Assembly: GCF_000143415.4 (NCBI RefSeq)
Contig: NW_003314307.1
Location: 1,379,439-1,421,978, forward strand
Direction of reading: 5' to 3'
DNA length: 42,540 nt
From: Selaginella moellendorffii
Taxonomy: Eukaryota; Plantae; Lycopodiophyta
Both the position numbers and the translations under genes were made by a program. Of this stretch, positions 23,262 through 36,757 are shown piece by piece. Under the pieces are notes generated by a model that did not search any database, was not told where the DNA came from, and saw only the letters and a program-made list of their open reading frames with translations. Positions within the stretch are counted from its first letter, which is position 1. Each line of letters begins with the position of its first letter.

Positions 23262-26180
23262 TTAAATACAAGTAAGCAATTCAAATGGACTCTCGCTAGA
23301 AAAGCTACCAAGTATAAGATTTTGTGGAGTCCATCCTTCAACTTGTGCATTCCATGCAGTGGTAGTTTTTTCATCCGACCAATATATATGAATCACCTCC
23401 TCCATTTTAAGCCCCCAATCTTGGATGTTATGGCATACTTTCTCCATCATGTTACCAAGAGTGTTCTGATCATTCCAACTGTACTTGCTCTCAATCAAGA
23501 TAAAACAATCCTGTGGTGCCTTGCTTCTGCATATCTTTTGTACCCTTATGATAGCGTCCACATACATATTCTTCTTGAGAGAGAATATAAAAGCTTTAGG
23601 ATCCCCAGCCATAAGCTCTAACTCTGCTCTTGATGTTGGTAGCACCTCTGGCTGACAGATTGTCCAATCTAGTTCCTCTGCATGTAACAGAGTTAAAGCT
23701 AAAGATCAAATACCCACAAAACTTACCAGGTGGCAAAGGCAATTGAAGATTTAAACCATCCAGGTAGTCACTTAAGCTTGAGTGGGAAGGTATGATGTCC
23801 CTGAGCTTGAATTCTTGACCTGCAAAAGGAAAAGAGGAGAGTGTCTGAACATGCAAGAGCATCAAGCTTACCGCCATCCAAGTGTGTTTTCAGCCAAAGC
23901 ATGAATGTTAACCCAAGGACGTCTGAGTCCTCCTTTACAGCCCAGGAATCGTTTGTCAAATCGGGCCATAATCCTTTTGGGATGGAGTCGGCCAGTGCCA
24001 AAGAGTAAGCTGCAATGGGAGAGTACCTGACACGCGCATTTGGAGCGACACCCGAAAACACCTTGCATGCTTTCCGTGGGGGACGTGTGGGAGGCCCTCG
24101 CTCTATCTCTACCAAACCCACAATACCTTGACCTTCTAAATCACCCCAAGTATCTTCAAAGCGCCCGTCCCATACCTTGTCTGCACGTCTGACGATAGTT
24201 CCAAGTTGGGAAATGTAGATGGCCTTCAGCATCAGACTAGCTTTAGCACCTGGAATTGCCTTGAAAGTCAATCTCTGAGTTGACAAACAGATTTGATGCG
24301 TTCTCAACCAACGCCCTGGCTCTTGTCACAACTAATCCCTTCTGCAGCTCCATATTGAACTTCTCCAGTGGGATCGCGCCAAAACTTCGTGACACCAGCC
24401 CCTTCAAAAGGAATGAGACAATCCTCGGATTGCCTCCAGCAAAGCGGAGGACCTTCTTCCACTCGTTGCTCAGTTCGATGCGCGCCCCTTGGCGAACTGA
24501 GCTCGCCACCCGGTCGAAGAATTCCTGAACGATGTCATAGACGTCGTCATTAGTCAAGGGCGGGAGCGGAATGTAAAGCGTTTGCGCCCTCCTGGAGAGC
24601 GATGCTGCAGAATACCGTGTGGTCGCTGCCGTAAACAGCACAAGCGTGTCCGAGGCACGCTTGAACGTAAACCAGGAGACGTATGCAGAAAACATGTACT
24701 GTAACCACGTCCCCTCCCCAACGTCCGAAGCCCTGTTTGCCTCGTCGAAGTACCATGAAAGAAAGATCCTTTGGCCTGTAGGAAAGCCCAAACCCTGCCT
24801 GATGAAAGCTATAACATCGTCGAGTCTCAACTGATGCTTCAGACCTGGAGCTCCCTCGTCTAGTTTCTGGAGGCATGCATCATATTCTGGTGTATCCACC
24901 CGACTAACAGCCGCATGAAGGCACCGTAAAGCCATAATCTGCTCGTAGTGAAGACCATCCTCACGCTGCATAAGCTGCCCATCCAGTGCCGTCTCCAGAG
25001 AGTGATACATGCAGACTTCTTTTTCACTCTGTACAACGTTTGATATCATCTCCTTAAAAGCGTCGAGGAGATCGTCGGTGAGGCTTTCCCCCAGCTCCTT
25101 ATTGAACTCGGGATTGTCCTTGTTCGCCATCCAGTACTCTAGTAGCAGCTCCGACAGGCAGCTACCCACCGTTGTCTTTCCCACACCTGGGTACCCCACG
25201 ATCATCATAATGAAATTTTGCCGCAATAAGCTGTCAAGCGGGTCTTGCGTGTTCATGAAAGTCGCGAAAATCCGCCCAGCCGACAAGATGAGATGCTTGA
25301 GCGTCTCGGTCCGCCCCTTCAACGTGAAGTAGAGGCCTATATCTCCTAGTACTGGAGGCAACCCCGCCCCCGCCTGACGCCTTGGTGGCATGCCCATTCG
25401 TTGTCTATTGTCCCGCAGATCGTCAAGGAATAGGTGATTCAGCGCCCCACAGATTTCGGCATCTGATTTGCTCAGGTCGTCAGCAAGGCAACAAAAAGCA
25501 TAACAGAGTTGATACAGCTACAAAAGCAACTGCTTACCTGACCTTGCCTTGAGAGATGTCACAGGTAGGGCTGTAACAGAAACAAGGGAATTGTCATAAC
25601 ATGTGAATACCAACAAAACAAAACCCTCAACCAAGATCAAACTAGGAGCCATAGCTCCCACCAGTTACAACGCCACTACCCCATGGCCAGGTCACCAGGC
25701 AAAGAGACGCACAGGACGCAGTCACCACCACAGCCAAATCCCTCGAGAAGACCAAAGAAAGAACGCATACCCAATCACTGAGTGGTCATAGTCAAGAACC
25801 CGCCCTATCCAGAAAGAGCTAAGCACGAAAAGCGACTATAAGAACATCACGCACATCAAGCACTAAAAAGAAAATTGGGGCAAGAAGTAGAAACCGAAGC
25901 CATCCTAAAAAGAACGTAGCACACCTCTCGTGGGACGAATGACATGAGAAGATCCAGCCCGAAATTTCACTGTGCTGAGACCATCTCCTTTTCTTGGTTC
26001 AAGAGTCCTCCATACCCTTGGTTGCTCCTCGTGCTTCACGGAGATGGAGGTAGCCGAGAACACCCGCAGAACCGCATATACGTCCACTCTACCATCAGGA
26101 AGGTCAAATTCATGACCCTCTGCCCCATCTATGTCTTCAATGAACTCTACAAGCTCTTCCATTTCTTCATCATCCGCCAT
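23262..26180 (-). pseudogene. Crinkler-like header + P-loop NTPase + PD-(D/E)XK nuclease gene; 5 exons, one frameshift near 24264
   Basis: Exons 26180-25925, 25570-25538 and 25462-~23872, then two more, join in frame. Walker A IVGYPGVGKTT, Walker B FLSWYFDEAN, YIPLPPL, FAGGNPR and C-terminal YVDAIIRV..FILIESK are present. The frame jumps at gac tttc aag. Confidence 0.72.
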
Positions 26181-26952
26181 ACCCTCAATCCGCCGCCGCT
26201 AGATCTGCACCGTTGATCTGTATGGCTTGAGTTTAGGGCACCACTCTCTGGGAAAACGATTTGGATAATGTATTGTAGAAGGGTTATTTCTTTAACCACG
26301 TCTTAGCGAATAAACCACATTTTAACGAATAATCGTGCTGATATTTACTTTCAGCCAATGGGTGGTGGCCAATTGCCTGGGGTGAGAGAAGAAAGTGCTG
26401 CCACACTGTTAACTGTGACTATGTTGTGGAGTGAAGAAAGTGTGAGGAATGCATGTGCTCCATGATGTGGCAAAAAGTAATCAAAGCATTTGAGTTTAAT
26501 CCTTGCTCCATGCATTTGTTTGTAACACTAAAGAATAGACCTCACAAAGTTAATATTCTTTACTTTTAGACTTTGTCTGGCTTTGAGTAATATTAATGTT
26601 CTTAAATCTTGTTCTCTATATTAATAAAAACTATTCTTAATAATACTTCTTTGATTTTGTTTGAGTCTGGGTAATAATATATTAGTGTTCTTAAGATCTT
26701 AGTATTCTAAATTTTCTTATGCATTAACATCTAATTATTAAATATATTTTTAGCACTTGTTCTTTTACTATTTTATTATCTGATATATTAGTGTGCTTGA
26801 ATTCTTAATGTTAGAAATTTGATAATATTCTTGGCTTATACTTTGCATCTAATATCTTTAAAAAATATTTAGTCTTAGCAATTCATTTTGTATTTTTTTC
26901 TCTTAAAATATAAGTGTTCTAAATATATTCATATTCCTGAAAGTTCTATGTT

Positions 26953-26957
<5 letters not shown>

Positions 26958-26987
<30 letters not shown>
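26958..26987. repeat. (TA)n microsatellite; longer counterpart at ~36700-36752
   Basis: Seen directly. Confidence 0.9.
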
Positions 26988-26990
<3 letters not shown>

Positions 26991-28149
26991 ATTTAAAGAG
27001 AAAAAAATTGAATGACATTATTGATTTGTACTCGTCCAGGATTTGTCTAGCATTAATATTTTATATATATTCAGAAGTTTTACATTTTCTGGACAATACT
27101 AGTGATATCATGATTTTGTCTTTTCTCACTTCGTTTCCCCTTGATGAGGATTAGATTTATGCACAGCTGTGCCTCAAGCTCCGAGTCAGTGTTCAATGTG
27201 AGCTTCTAGACCGTCTTCTTACATCAACAATCTTGCAGATTGAGCATGTTTTGAATGAGCATTTTAAGCAGCTTGAGACTATTTGACGCAAGTTAGGCAA
27301 TTTTCCAGCCTGTCAATCTGCACGTTTGGTGGTTTGAGCGTCCACTCCTTCTTCATGTATTTTACTGTCTAAATTCCTCACAGAATCAGACAAAAGAGGA
27401 ATTGAGAGGCAAACACGAGACACAAACGTGAATGCATCACATCAGCATTCTTTGTAATAAGCAATGGCTTCTAGCTTACATGTTTGTGCTTCTCTCTCCG
27501 GTTTTTTTCTTGTCTTTCTCGTACTAAATTATCTTCCAATTTATCCTTTCCAGGCACTATCGAGCTTAAACGGCTCGAAGACTATGATGGCATCTTGGTG
27601 CTGCAGATGCACTGATCTTTGATCTTTCAGTGGTATGTTCTTTCATGTTTAGCTGGAAACCTTGTTCTTACTTTTTCACTTATGCAGGACTTGTCATCAC
27701 CAAAAGATTCAAACATTCAAGTGTGATGGTTGTTAGCTCAGTTGCAATTTCCAAAACGAGGAGCAAGACGAGACCATATAAACAAGAGCAGGAACTAAAG
27801 GTAGGGTTATGTTTTCTTATTTTCCTACACCTCTCTCTCTTCTTCTCCTTCCTTGCTCAGCTATGGCCGATTCCATCTCTCTTCTCCATCCTTTCACTAT
27901 GTATCAGGATTTCTCTCAACAAGGCAACATGATTGGCCATGTCAGCCGTTTGGAGATGGTTTCTATCTATTGGAGCACTCTTCTCTGTTCTTGGTGCGGT
28001 GGAAAGTGGCACATCAGGGGTTTCTCATGCACGACCATTACAGGCAGAGCAACAGGGAAAGGTTCCTTAACAATGTCCTAAAATGAAAGCACTTTGAAAC
28101 CGGTTTACCCTAAACCCTAAACTGATAATCTATATACAAGTTTCTGACG

Positions 28150-29105
28150 TGTAACTTGGAGGCCTTTGGCAAGACTATCTTTGGCAAGATGAGCAATGCG
28201 GCATGTCCAATATGCTGATGCCACAACTCGAGCTGGTCCAGGGCAATAGAGAGCAAGTTCACACTTTCTTTGGAACAAGGTACACATCATGGATAGTGGT
28301 ACTAAAACCGCTCAATTCAAAACGCTCCAAGAAGTCAATCCACCAGCTACCATTGCAGTAGGGATGGCAGGCAGCTACAAATCACTGGTTGAGGTACCAT
28401 ACTGAGAAGCAATGTAAAGAGAATGTACAGTAACAAAATTAGTTGCATCGGTTGATGAATTAGCGTTCGTCATTGGACACTTGGGCTCCCTGTGAGCAGT
28501 GCGGGCATGGGTCGAACTTCGTGGTCGAGCTAGAAGGACTCCCATTAGATCGTGATGTTTTCTTCTTGCCTGTCTTTCAGGTGGTGTTGTAGGAAGAAGT
28601 CTTGGATCTTCTCCATCGTCTTACGGTGCAAGGCAGAGTTATCACTTCTCGCCAAGTGCTGTTGATTGAAGCAACTGGTCATCAGCCTCAGACATCGGCA
28701 TGGAGTAAAGCTTCCTGTGAAGCTGTGTGCGATTAGCTGGTTTCTGCTGCTCGTGGATTGCTGTGAGGGTGGCCCATGCCCTCCTAGAAGCCCAGGGCTT
28801 TATCATTGAGCGCAGCCCATTTGTCCTGCTCGGCTTGTTCAAGGTCTAGGAGGTAATATTTGATTTCTCTTTTCCAGATTGATAAAAAGCGGTATGGGGG
28901 AACAATTCGAAGAAGGGGAGGGGGAGGAGGAGGATTAAGAGGAGGAGGCTGTGGCATCTCCTATAGGAGGTGCTCTTATCCACTTGGTTATCATGAACTG
29001 AGTGCTCCACATAGTACGCTGCTGCTCATGCCTATGCATTATACACTACCTTTGTCTCCTCATCATCCTGGATGTCAAACACCCTCTAATGCCATGTTGT
29101 CTAGT
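28150..29105 (-). mobile_element. Deleted Ty1/copia gag-pol fragments (left-arm copy)
   Basis: Mirror image of 34620-35560. Confidence 0.7.
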
Positions 29106-29169
29106 GTAAGAGAGATTGATTCAATAAAAATTGGATGAACAGCATGAAATCTAGACATGTCTCCCTATT

Positions 29170-30925
29170 CAAATAATGATTGTTAGAAGTTGTTGGGGAA
29201 GCCATTTTGGCTTGTTAGCTTTGATGTTGAAGTTAGTATTTACATCTAGCAATTATTGGTAATGATTGACTATTATCTACGGTAGTTGATTATCCTTATC
29301 AAAAGTTCTACTTAATTATTATTGGTAAAAATGATTTGCCATTCTTCAGGATGGTAGATTCTGCAATTTTTGATAGTTAAATTTTATCATTGAGTTTCCT
29401 TGAATATCCTTGCTATTGAATTTTGTTGGATAGTGATTCTTATGTTTCCAACTATAGTGATCTTGGTGGTTCCTATACTATAATACTAGTTTATCGGATG
29501 ATAACTTACTTGGAATACTTTTGTGTTCTAATATAAGATTTATTCACTAATAATTAAGTCTCTGAGATATCATTGTCTATGACTTTGATATTGTTCATCT
29601 ATCGATCTTTGAATTTGGGCCGGTATAAGCAGACTAGCTTCAGCACTTCATGTGCATGATGAAATCTTTAGTCATGGGGTAGCTACTGTCGACTAGTCAC
29701 ATTCTCTGTTGATGTTCCTTATTCCGTTAAAAGGGCGTGACCATGTAAACAACTCTAACTACCTATTTACAATAGTCTATCTAAACCTTACTGGGTTTGG
29801 TTTCTTTGCTCAAAAGGGTTGGAGCCTTTGGCTTTTCTCTCTATGTCCTTGCGGGTAGGGGCATATCACACTTTTGTAAGCTGGGTGACACCTAGAGCAG
29901 CAAGGGTAACTAACTCTGTTGGTCATTTCCTTGTCGGTGACAGCCAGAAGGTGTCTAAGCTGGTAGCACATCCGTGTTAGACAAAGAGGTTGCCTTTTAA
30001 CTCATTTAAGTCAGTGCATTTCTCACATAGTGTGATCACCGTGAACTTTTTCTGGAGTTGTTTCCTTGGCAGTGGTCTAGACTTAAGTATGCATCGACGA
30101 GGAAGTCGATCTTCCCTAGGGGGGGAGAGTGTCGCGAATGTGACTTCGGGTATCAAAAGTTACTTGTCAGCTAATCTTTTCGGATATTCTTTTCTTATTG
30201 CCACGACGGTAGGAGATCGGTATTGCTGGATCTGTTATCAGTCTCCGCCTAAGATAGTTGAGAAATTATGTGCACTTGACCAGATGAGCATAAGGAAGGA
30301 ATTCCTAAGTATCTATTTAGTCAAGCATATTTGACCTGGTTAGAGAAACTCATTTGTTGACTTGCAGTTGCTAATGTTTGGGGGGGGGGTTCCAAATGTA
30401 TAGTAGGGATAGTGGGTCGGTTGGGCATGGCCGACCAACCAACCTGAGGCATAGTCTAGCTCCCGCTTGCGTGCCTATCCTTGTTTTGCGTCCGGCTTAA
30501 GTCTAAGCCTAAGTTCCATTCCATGTTAGCTGGTGGAGTACCCATGTCCTTGCGTTAGGCCACCAGTATGTCGAAATAGTGCTAGACTCCGTTTGGCTCT
30601 GTTTTATGTGTTAGTCCTGGCAATGGGATGTTGGTTGCTCTAAAACTATTCCAAGTCACTCCGAGCTTCTGTCCCTTCACTCCTTGGGCTGTATGCTCAA
30701 GAGTTGCTCCATGGTCCAGTTCTGTCACTCCTTGGCTCTATGTAAGGGAGTTTGGTACTGTTCCTTCGTTCAATGGCCCAAGGCCCTAAACCTCAGGTTC
30801 CACACTACTGTCCTATGGACATGTGGCATATGACACATGGCACATGAAGGGTTTAGGTTCTGCTTCGTAGTGTTATCCTAAGGTAAATCACCATAGGGTA
30901 AAGGGTAAAAACCACGTGTGCTACA
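29170..30925. mobile_element. Repetitive/LTR-like segment of a family also present at 40690-42540
   Basis: 29180-29330 resembles 41470-41610 (direct) and 30130-30230 resembles 40690-40785 (direct). 30415-30925 is the reverse complement of 42024-42540 and ends ...gtgctaCA. Confidence 0.75.
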
Positions 30926-30949
30926 TAAACCCTCAGCCAAGTGTTGAGG

Positions 30950-33810
30950 ATAGTGTTGCTGCGAGAACAGGGTGTCTGCAAGGGAGACCAAAGAGGGATC
31001 CAGGGGCAGGAGACCAACCCTCATCATCCTCCAAGTCCTAGAGGCAGACCTAGTAGGCCTCTAGATACGGTTTGGAAATATGTCTTCTGCGATCCTTTAG
31101 CACTCAAGGAGAGGAACTTGGAAAACACCAAGGCGGATCCTTGACGTTTCAGCACCGACAAAGCTAGTTGGGAGGCAGTGGTTAGGTGTGTCTTATGCAA
31201 AGGTCCCGTGAAGGGAATTGGACCTATGGGGATCAGGAGGCATCTTTGCAACTTCTACAAGGAGAAGGAGGACATAAGTTGCTGCACTGCTGACATAAGT
31301 TTGCGTTGCAGGCCAATAGAAGAATTCAGTAAGGAGTTTGTGTCTGTAACAAGGAACAATATTGAGACGTACAATATCAAGCTTGCGGAGTTCGAATGAC
31401 ATGGTAGTGGTAGAATGACACGGTTCAGCAATTAAGGAGCTTCAGGGTTGCAGCAATTGGATGAAGATGCCTGCAATGTTGGAGGATCGACATCAACTCC
31501 TCAAACTAGTGGGAGTATTGAATGCAAGCCAAGATTGAACATTTTTGCCTTTCCGAGCAGTAACGACAACAAAGCATGGGAATGGATAGAATGGTTGGAG
31601 GGTGAAGATCAAGTTGATGCAGAGCGGTTGCGGCAGCAGGTTTGAGAGACTGAGTTAGCTACAATTGGCTGCATCTCTATGGGTGGTTTACGTGCAATTG
31701 GGAATCAAATCGATATAATAGTGTCTACTACACGGCCTCAAATAGGTTCAACAAGTTGTATCTTGCAAGAAACAACAGCTCTCAAAGGAATGACAGGAAG
31801 GGCGTTGACCCCTGAAGAACTTAGGGCATGGCAGAAGGAGTATGCATTGGGAGTTTATATCGAGGCCAGAGCATGCAACCTAGCAGTTGGTAGACACGCC
31901 CAACGTGGTTCCATGTTTCCTTTGCCTTCGTTGAAGGCTTTGCATGAAAACTTCTTGGATGAGATATACCATGAAATGGTTGAGCGCATTGATCAACAAC
32001 CTGAGAAAGCTACAGGTGCATACAGCCCACGGCCGCTTTACTTGGTAACGGACAGTTGGAAGATAGTTAGTGGGTAGCATATTCAGAATATTATGATCGT
32101 TGATGCAGCACACCATGAAGAGTTTTTTTATGGCTCATTTGAGTGTTGTGAATCTTCAGGTATGCGTTGCTTTTTCATGTAACGTCCAATTAACTTGTTT
32201 GTTTTGCAATGCAACTGATATCTTGTATAGCAAATTGAAGAGTGTGGTTTCAGCTATAAACACTCGGGTACTCACTGATGATGCAAATGTAGCCATAAAC
32301 AACATCCCTGGCAGTGGAAACACATTACATGATCAAATATGGCATATAAAGAGGAAGCGTGGATTATCAGCAATAGTAATAGATAATGCGGCCAACATGT
32401 AGCTTGTTGGATGCAAATTTGAAGTTGAGTTTGAAGATATGTGAAGTGTTCCATGCCAGTGTCATGCTCTGAACCTTGTACTAATGTCTTGGGTAGGTTT
32501 GGACAACATCAAACAATATCTGGACACAGGGAAGTGTATAGTTCAATTTGTGAAGAACTCCACTCGTGTGCATGCTTTTTATCAAGCTTAGCATCCTAAG
32601 TGGCAACTCGTCAAACCTGTCACTACTCGGTGAGTATTAGAGTTGTTAACTGTTTGTTACTGACTTTAACATTTTTTTTGTTTCTTTCACAGGTTTGGAA
32701 CCTATTATTACATGCTCAGGTGATTATGGGAAGAGCGTGGAGCATTGTAGAGGTTGTTTAGGAATACTGGATTTAAAGATTGGCTACAAAGCCAACCTGC
32801 AACAACAACAGAGACTGCTAACCAAGCCATGACGGCAGTGGAGGATTTTAATTTCTAGGCGAGTGTTGAGAAGGTGATGCAGTTGATGGAGCCAGTGGTC
32901 ATGGCAATCAAGTTCTTTGATCGCTCAGCTTCAACCATTGGCTTTGTGTGGCAAGCATGGTTTTTTTTGAAGTTCAAGACAGCAGCAGTTACAGGTTTTA
33001 GTGCAGAGGACAAACAGTAGCTTGAAGACTTTCTGTAGAAATAAGAGGATCAGTATATGAGATCTTGTGACTTGTTTGGGGCAGCCTGGTGTCTAAATCC
33101 GCGTTATAGGGAGGATAGGAATAGACAGGAAGCAACAGCAGCATTCAATCGTGTTCAACATCGTTTCTATCCAAATGTTGAAGATGCCCACAAGCTAAAT
33201 CAGGAGTACTTTGCATACGTCGATGGAACTAGCCCCTTTTCCATTGCAGACAGCCGTGATGCACAAGAATTGCTTGAGAAAGGCAAGGATGGAAATTCAC
33301 CTTGGCATGTTTGGGCCTCTGCGGTCAGCTTCAGCTGTGACTCGAGGGCAATGCTTTGGAGGTTTGCATGCTATATTCTTGGTTTGACAACTTTGAATTC
33401 TGAGGCTGAGCAGAATTTTAGTACATACAGTAACGTCTTGACACTAAAGCGGAACAAGTAAGCCCTTTGTTCATTTATAAACACGAAGAACTTTTCTAAC
33501 ATTGGTGTCACTTGCCTGTATGTAGACTGCATCTAGAGCAGGCTGAGAAGCTCGTTCATATTTACCAAAACCATCGAATTTGGGATAGGAAGGAATCTGA
33601 AACTTCTCACAGCTCTGCAATGTGGATTGGAGGAGAATTTGATATTCCAAAAGAGAATGACTCTCCAGTTGTAGGAGGCAGTGGCACAGGCCACACAACC
33701 ACAGGTTTCAGGTCCTATGCGGAAGTTGACACTGATAATTCCATGTCTAAAGATGAAGATGATGACTTCGATCGGGATTCTAATCTTAGGTTAGCTAATG
33801 GGAGGTAAGC
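30950..33810 (+). mobile_element. hAT-superfamily (DUF659-type) transposase pseudogene with BED zinc finger
   Basis: VWKYV..RCVLC..GIGPMGIRRHL (BED), LVTDSW, IVIDNAANM, VPCQCHALNL (CxxH), VKPVTTR|FGT, WCLNPRY and SEAEQNFSTYSNVLTLKRN..EKLVHIYQN (dimerisation domain). Introns and multiple stops are present. Confidence 0.88.
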
Positions 33811-34529
33811 TTCTTCGTTTACTTCTATCCAGGCTGATAGTATGCAATACTATGCATAACAGTGAGATTAGTTGCCTTGAGGACGACATGGACTAGGTAA
33901 CTGGTGTGGAGAGCTTACCTGCATCTCCTGTGCCTTGTCCTTTCAAGCACAAACATCTAAATGAGGGAGATTTGAGTGCTGTTGCAGTCAGAAAAAGGAA
34001 AATCTGTTTGTTAACTAATTTGGACCAGCCCGGTACCAGCAGTTTAGATGAAACGTGTATGTACATTCCCCAATGTCCCGTAGGGGCTAATACAAAAACC
34101 GGGCATGCTGCCTGAAGCTCATGCTACCTAGTGGAGATCTCCCTCATGTAAAGTGATACTAGGCCTGCAGTAGAAGCGGTTGCAGTCATCTCCATCGTAT
34201 CGTGTCCAGATCCAAGTCCCCCCTTCGTGCTGACCACAAGATCGATTCCGGGGGGCACCATCTCCACTGAACCTTATTGTGTTCTCCTTCACCAAAACAT
34301 GGCAACCATGCTTGCTGCCACTCCTCGAGCCTCTGGTACCAGCAGTTTAGAGCAACAACTAGCGTCACTTGAAATTTCTCATGAATTTCCTGACATTGAC
34401 ATTGTTGAAGCTAGCATGCATGTGCTGTTTTTTAATTTTTGGCTGCTTAAGGAAATTGTTGGCCTGGCCACTGCGACAAACTTTTCAAATAAATAACACT
34501 AATTTGTATTAAAGCTTAACATTTTCTCT

Positions 34530-34601
34530 GCCAAAAAACCATTTCAAATGGCTTTTTGGCGGCCGAAATAAAAATTGGATGAACTTCATCCAATTTTTAT
34601 T
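34530..34601. repeat. Two adjacent palindromes, each with a single C at the centre
   Basis: gccaaaaaaccattt-c-aaatggctttttggc (15-bp arms, 1 mismatch) and aataaaaattggatgaa-c-ttcatccaatttttatt (17-bp perfect arms). Confidence 0.9.
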
Positions 34602-36694
34602 GAATCAATCTCTCTTACACTTGACAATATGGCATTAGAGGGTGTTTGACATCCAGGATGATGAGGAGACAGAGGCAGTGTATAATGCATAGGCATGAGC
34701 AGCAGCGTACTATGTGGAGCACTCGGTTCATGAGGACCAAGTGGATAAGAGCACGATGCCACAGCCTCCTCCTCTTAATCCTCTTCCTCCCCCTCCCCTT
34801 CTTCAAATTGTTCCCCCATACCGCTTTTTATCAATCTGGAAAAGAGAAATCAAATATTACCTCCTAGACCTTGAACAAGCCGAGCAGGACAAATGGGCTG
34901 CGCTCAATGATAAAGCCCTGGGCTTCTAGGAGGGCATGGGCCACCCTCACAGCAATCCACGAGCAGCAGAAACCAGCTAATCGCACACAGCTTCACAGGA
35001 AGCTTTACTCCATGCCAATGTCTGAGGCTGATGACCAGTTGCTTCAATCAACAGCACTTGGCGAGAAGTGATAACACTGCCTTGCACCGTAAGACGATGG
35101 AGAAGATCCAAGACTTCTTCCTACAACACCACCTGAAAACAGGCAAGAAGAAAACATCACGATCTAATGAGAGTCCTTCTAGCTCGACCAAGAAGTTCGA
35201 CCCATGCCCGCACTGCTCACAGGGAGCCCAATTGTCCAATGACGAACGCTAATTCATCAACCCGATGCAACTAATTTTGTTACTATACATTCTCTTTACA
35301 TTCCTTCTCAGTATGGTACCTCAACCAGTGATTTGTAGCTGCCTGCCATCCCTACTGCAATGGTAGATGGTGGATTGACTTCTTGGAGCGTTTTGAATTG
35401 AGCGGTTTTAGTACCACTATCCATGATGTGTACCTTGTTCCAAAGTAAGTGTGAACTTGCTCTCTATTGCCCTGGACCAGCTCGAGTTGTGGCATCAGCA
35501 TATTGGACATGCCGCATTGCTCAGCTTGCCAAAGATAGTCTTGTCAAATGCCTCCAAGTTACACATATATAGATTATCAGTTTAGGGTTTAGGGTAAGCG
35601 TTTGCTTTCATTTTAGGACATTCCTTTCCCTGCTATAATGGTCGTGCATGAGAAACTTGATGTGCCACTTTCCACCGCACCAAGAACAGAGAAGAGTGCT
35701 CCAATAGATAGAAACCATCTCCAAACGGCTGACATGGCCAATCATGTTGCCTTGTTGAGAGAAATCCTGATACATAGTGAAAGGATGGAGAAGAGAGATG
35801 GAATCGGCCATAGCCGAGCAAGGAAGGAGAAAAAGAGAGAGAGGTGTAGGAAAATAAGAAAACATAACCCTACCTTTAGTTCCTGCTCTTGTTTATATGG
35901 TCTCGTCTTGCTCCTCGTTTTGGAAATTGCAACTGAGCTGGCAACCATCACACTTGAATGTATGAATCTTTTGGCGATGACAAGTCCTGCATAAGTGAAA
36001 AAGTAAGAACAAGGTTTCCAGCTAAACATGAAAGAACATACCACTGAAAGATCAAAGATCAGTGCATCTGGAAGCACAGCACCAAGATGCCATCATAGTC
36101 TTCGAGCCGTTTAAGCTCGATAGTGCCTGGAAAGAATAAATTGGAAGATAATTTAGTACGAGAAAGACAAGAAAAAAACCGGAGAGAGAAGCACAAACAT
36201 GTAAGCTAGAAGCCATTGCTTATTACAAAGAATGCTGATGTGATGCATTCACGTTTGTGTCTCGTGTTTGCCTCTCAATTCCTCTTTTGTCTGATTCTGT
36301 GAGGAATTTAGACAGTAAAATACATGAAGAAGGAGTGGACGCTCAAACCACCAAACGTGCAGATTGACAGGCTGGAAAATTGCCTAACTTGCATCAACTA
36401 GTCTCAAGCTGCTTAAAATGCTCATTCAAAACATGCTCAAACAGATCATTCTGCAAGATTGTTGATGTAAGAAGACGGTCTAGAAGCTCACATTGAACAC
36501 TGACTCGGAGCTTGAGGCACAGCTGTGCATAAATCTAATCCTCATCAAGGGGAAACGAAGTGAGAAAAGACAAAATCATGATATCACTAGTATTGTCCAG
36601 AAAATGTAAAACTTCTGAATATATATAAAATATTAATGCTAGACAAATCCTGGATGAGTACAAATCAATAATGTCATTCAATTTTTTCTCTTTA

Positions 36695-36757
<63 letters not shown>

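Larger units (their letters stand above)
26273..29139 (+). repeat. Left arm of ~2.9-kb inverted repeat
   Basis: Reverse complement of 34585-37434 throughout. ORF 28642-28842(-) is identical to 34871-35071(+). The arms differ by scattered substitutions and indels. Confidence 0.95.

Noticed and set aside
23033-23621. ORFs 23103-23621(+) and 23033-23374(-) as genes
   Set aside because: Antisense or alternative frames of the nuclease exon and its 3' region.
26274-26527. Solo LTR (TGTAGA...TAACA) at the outer end of each arm
   Set aside because: TG..CA ends are suggestive, but neither copy has a target-site duplication, PBS or PPT.
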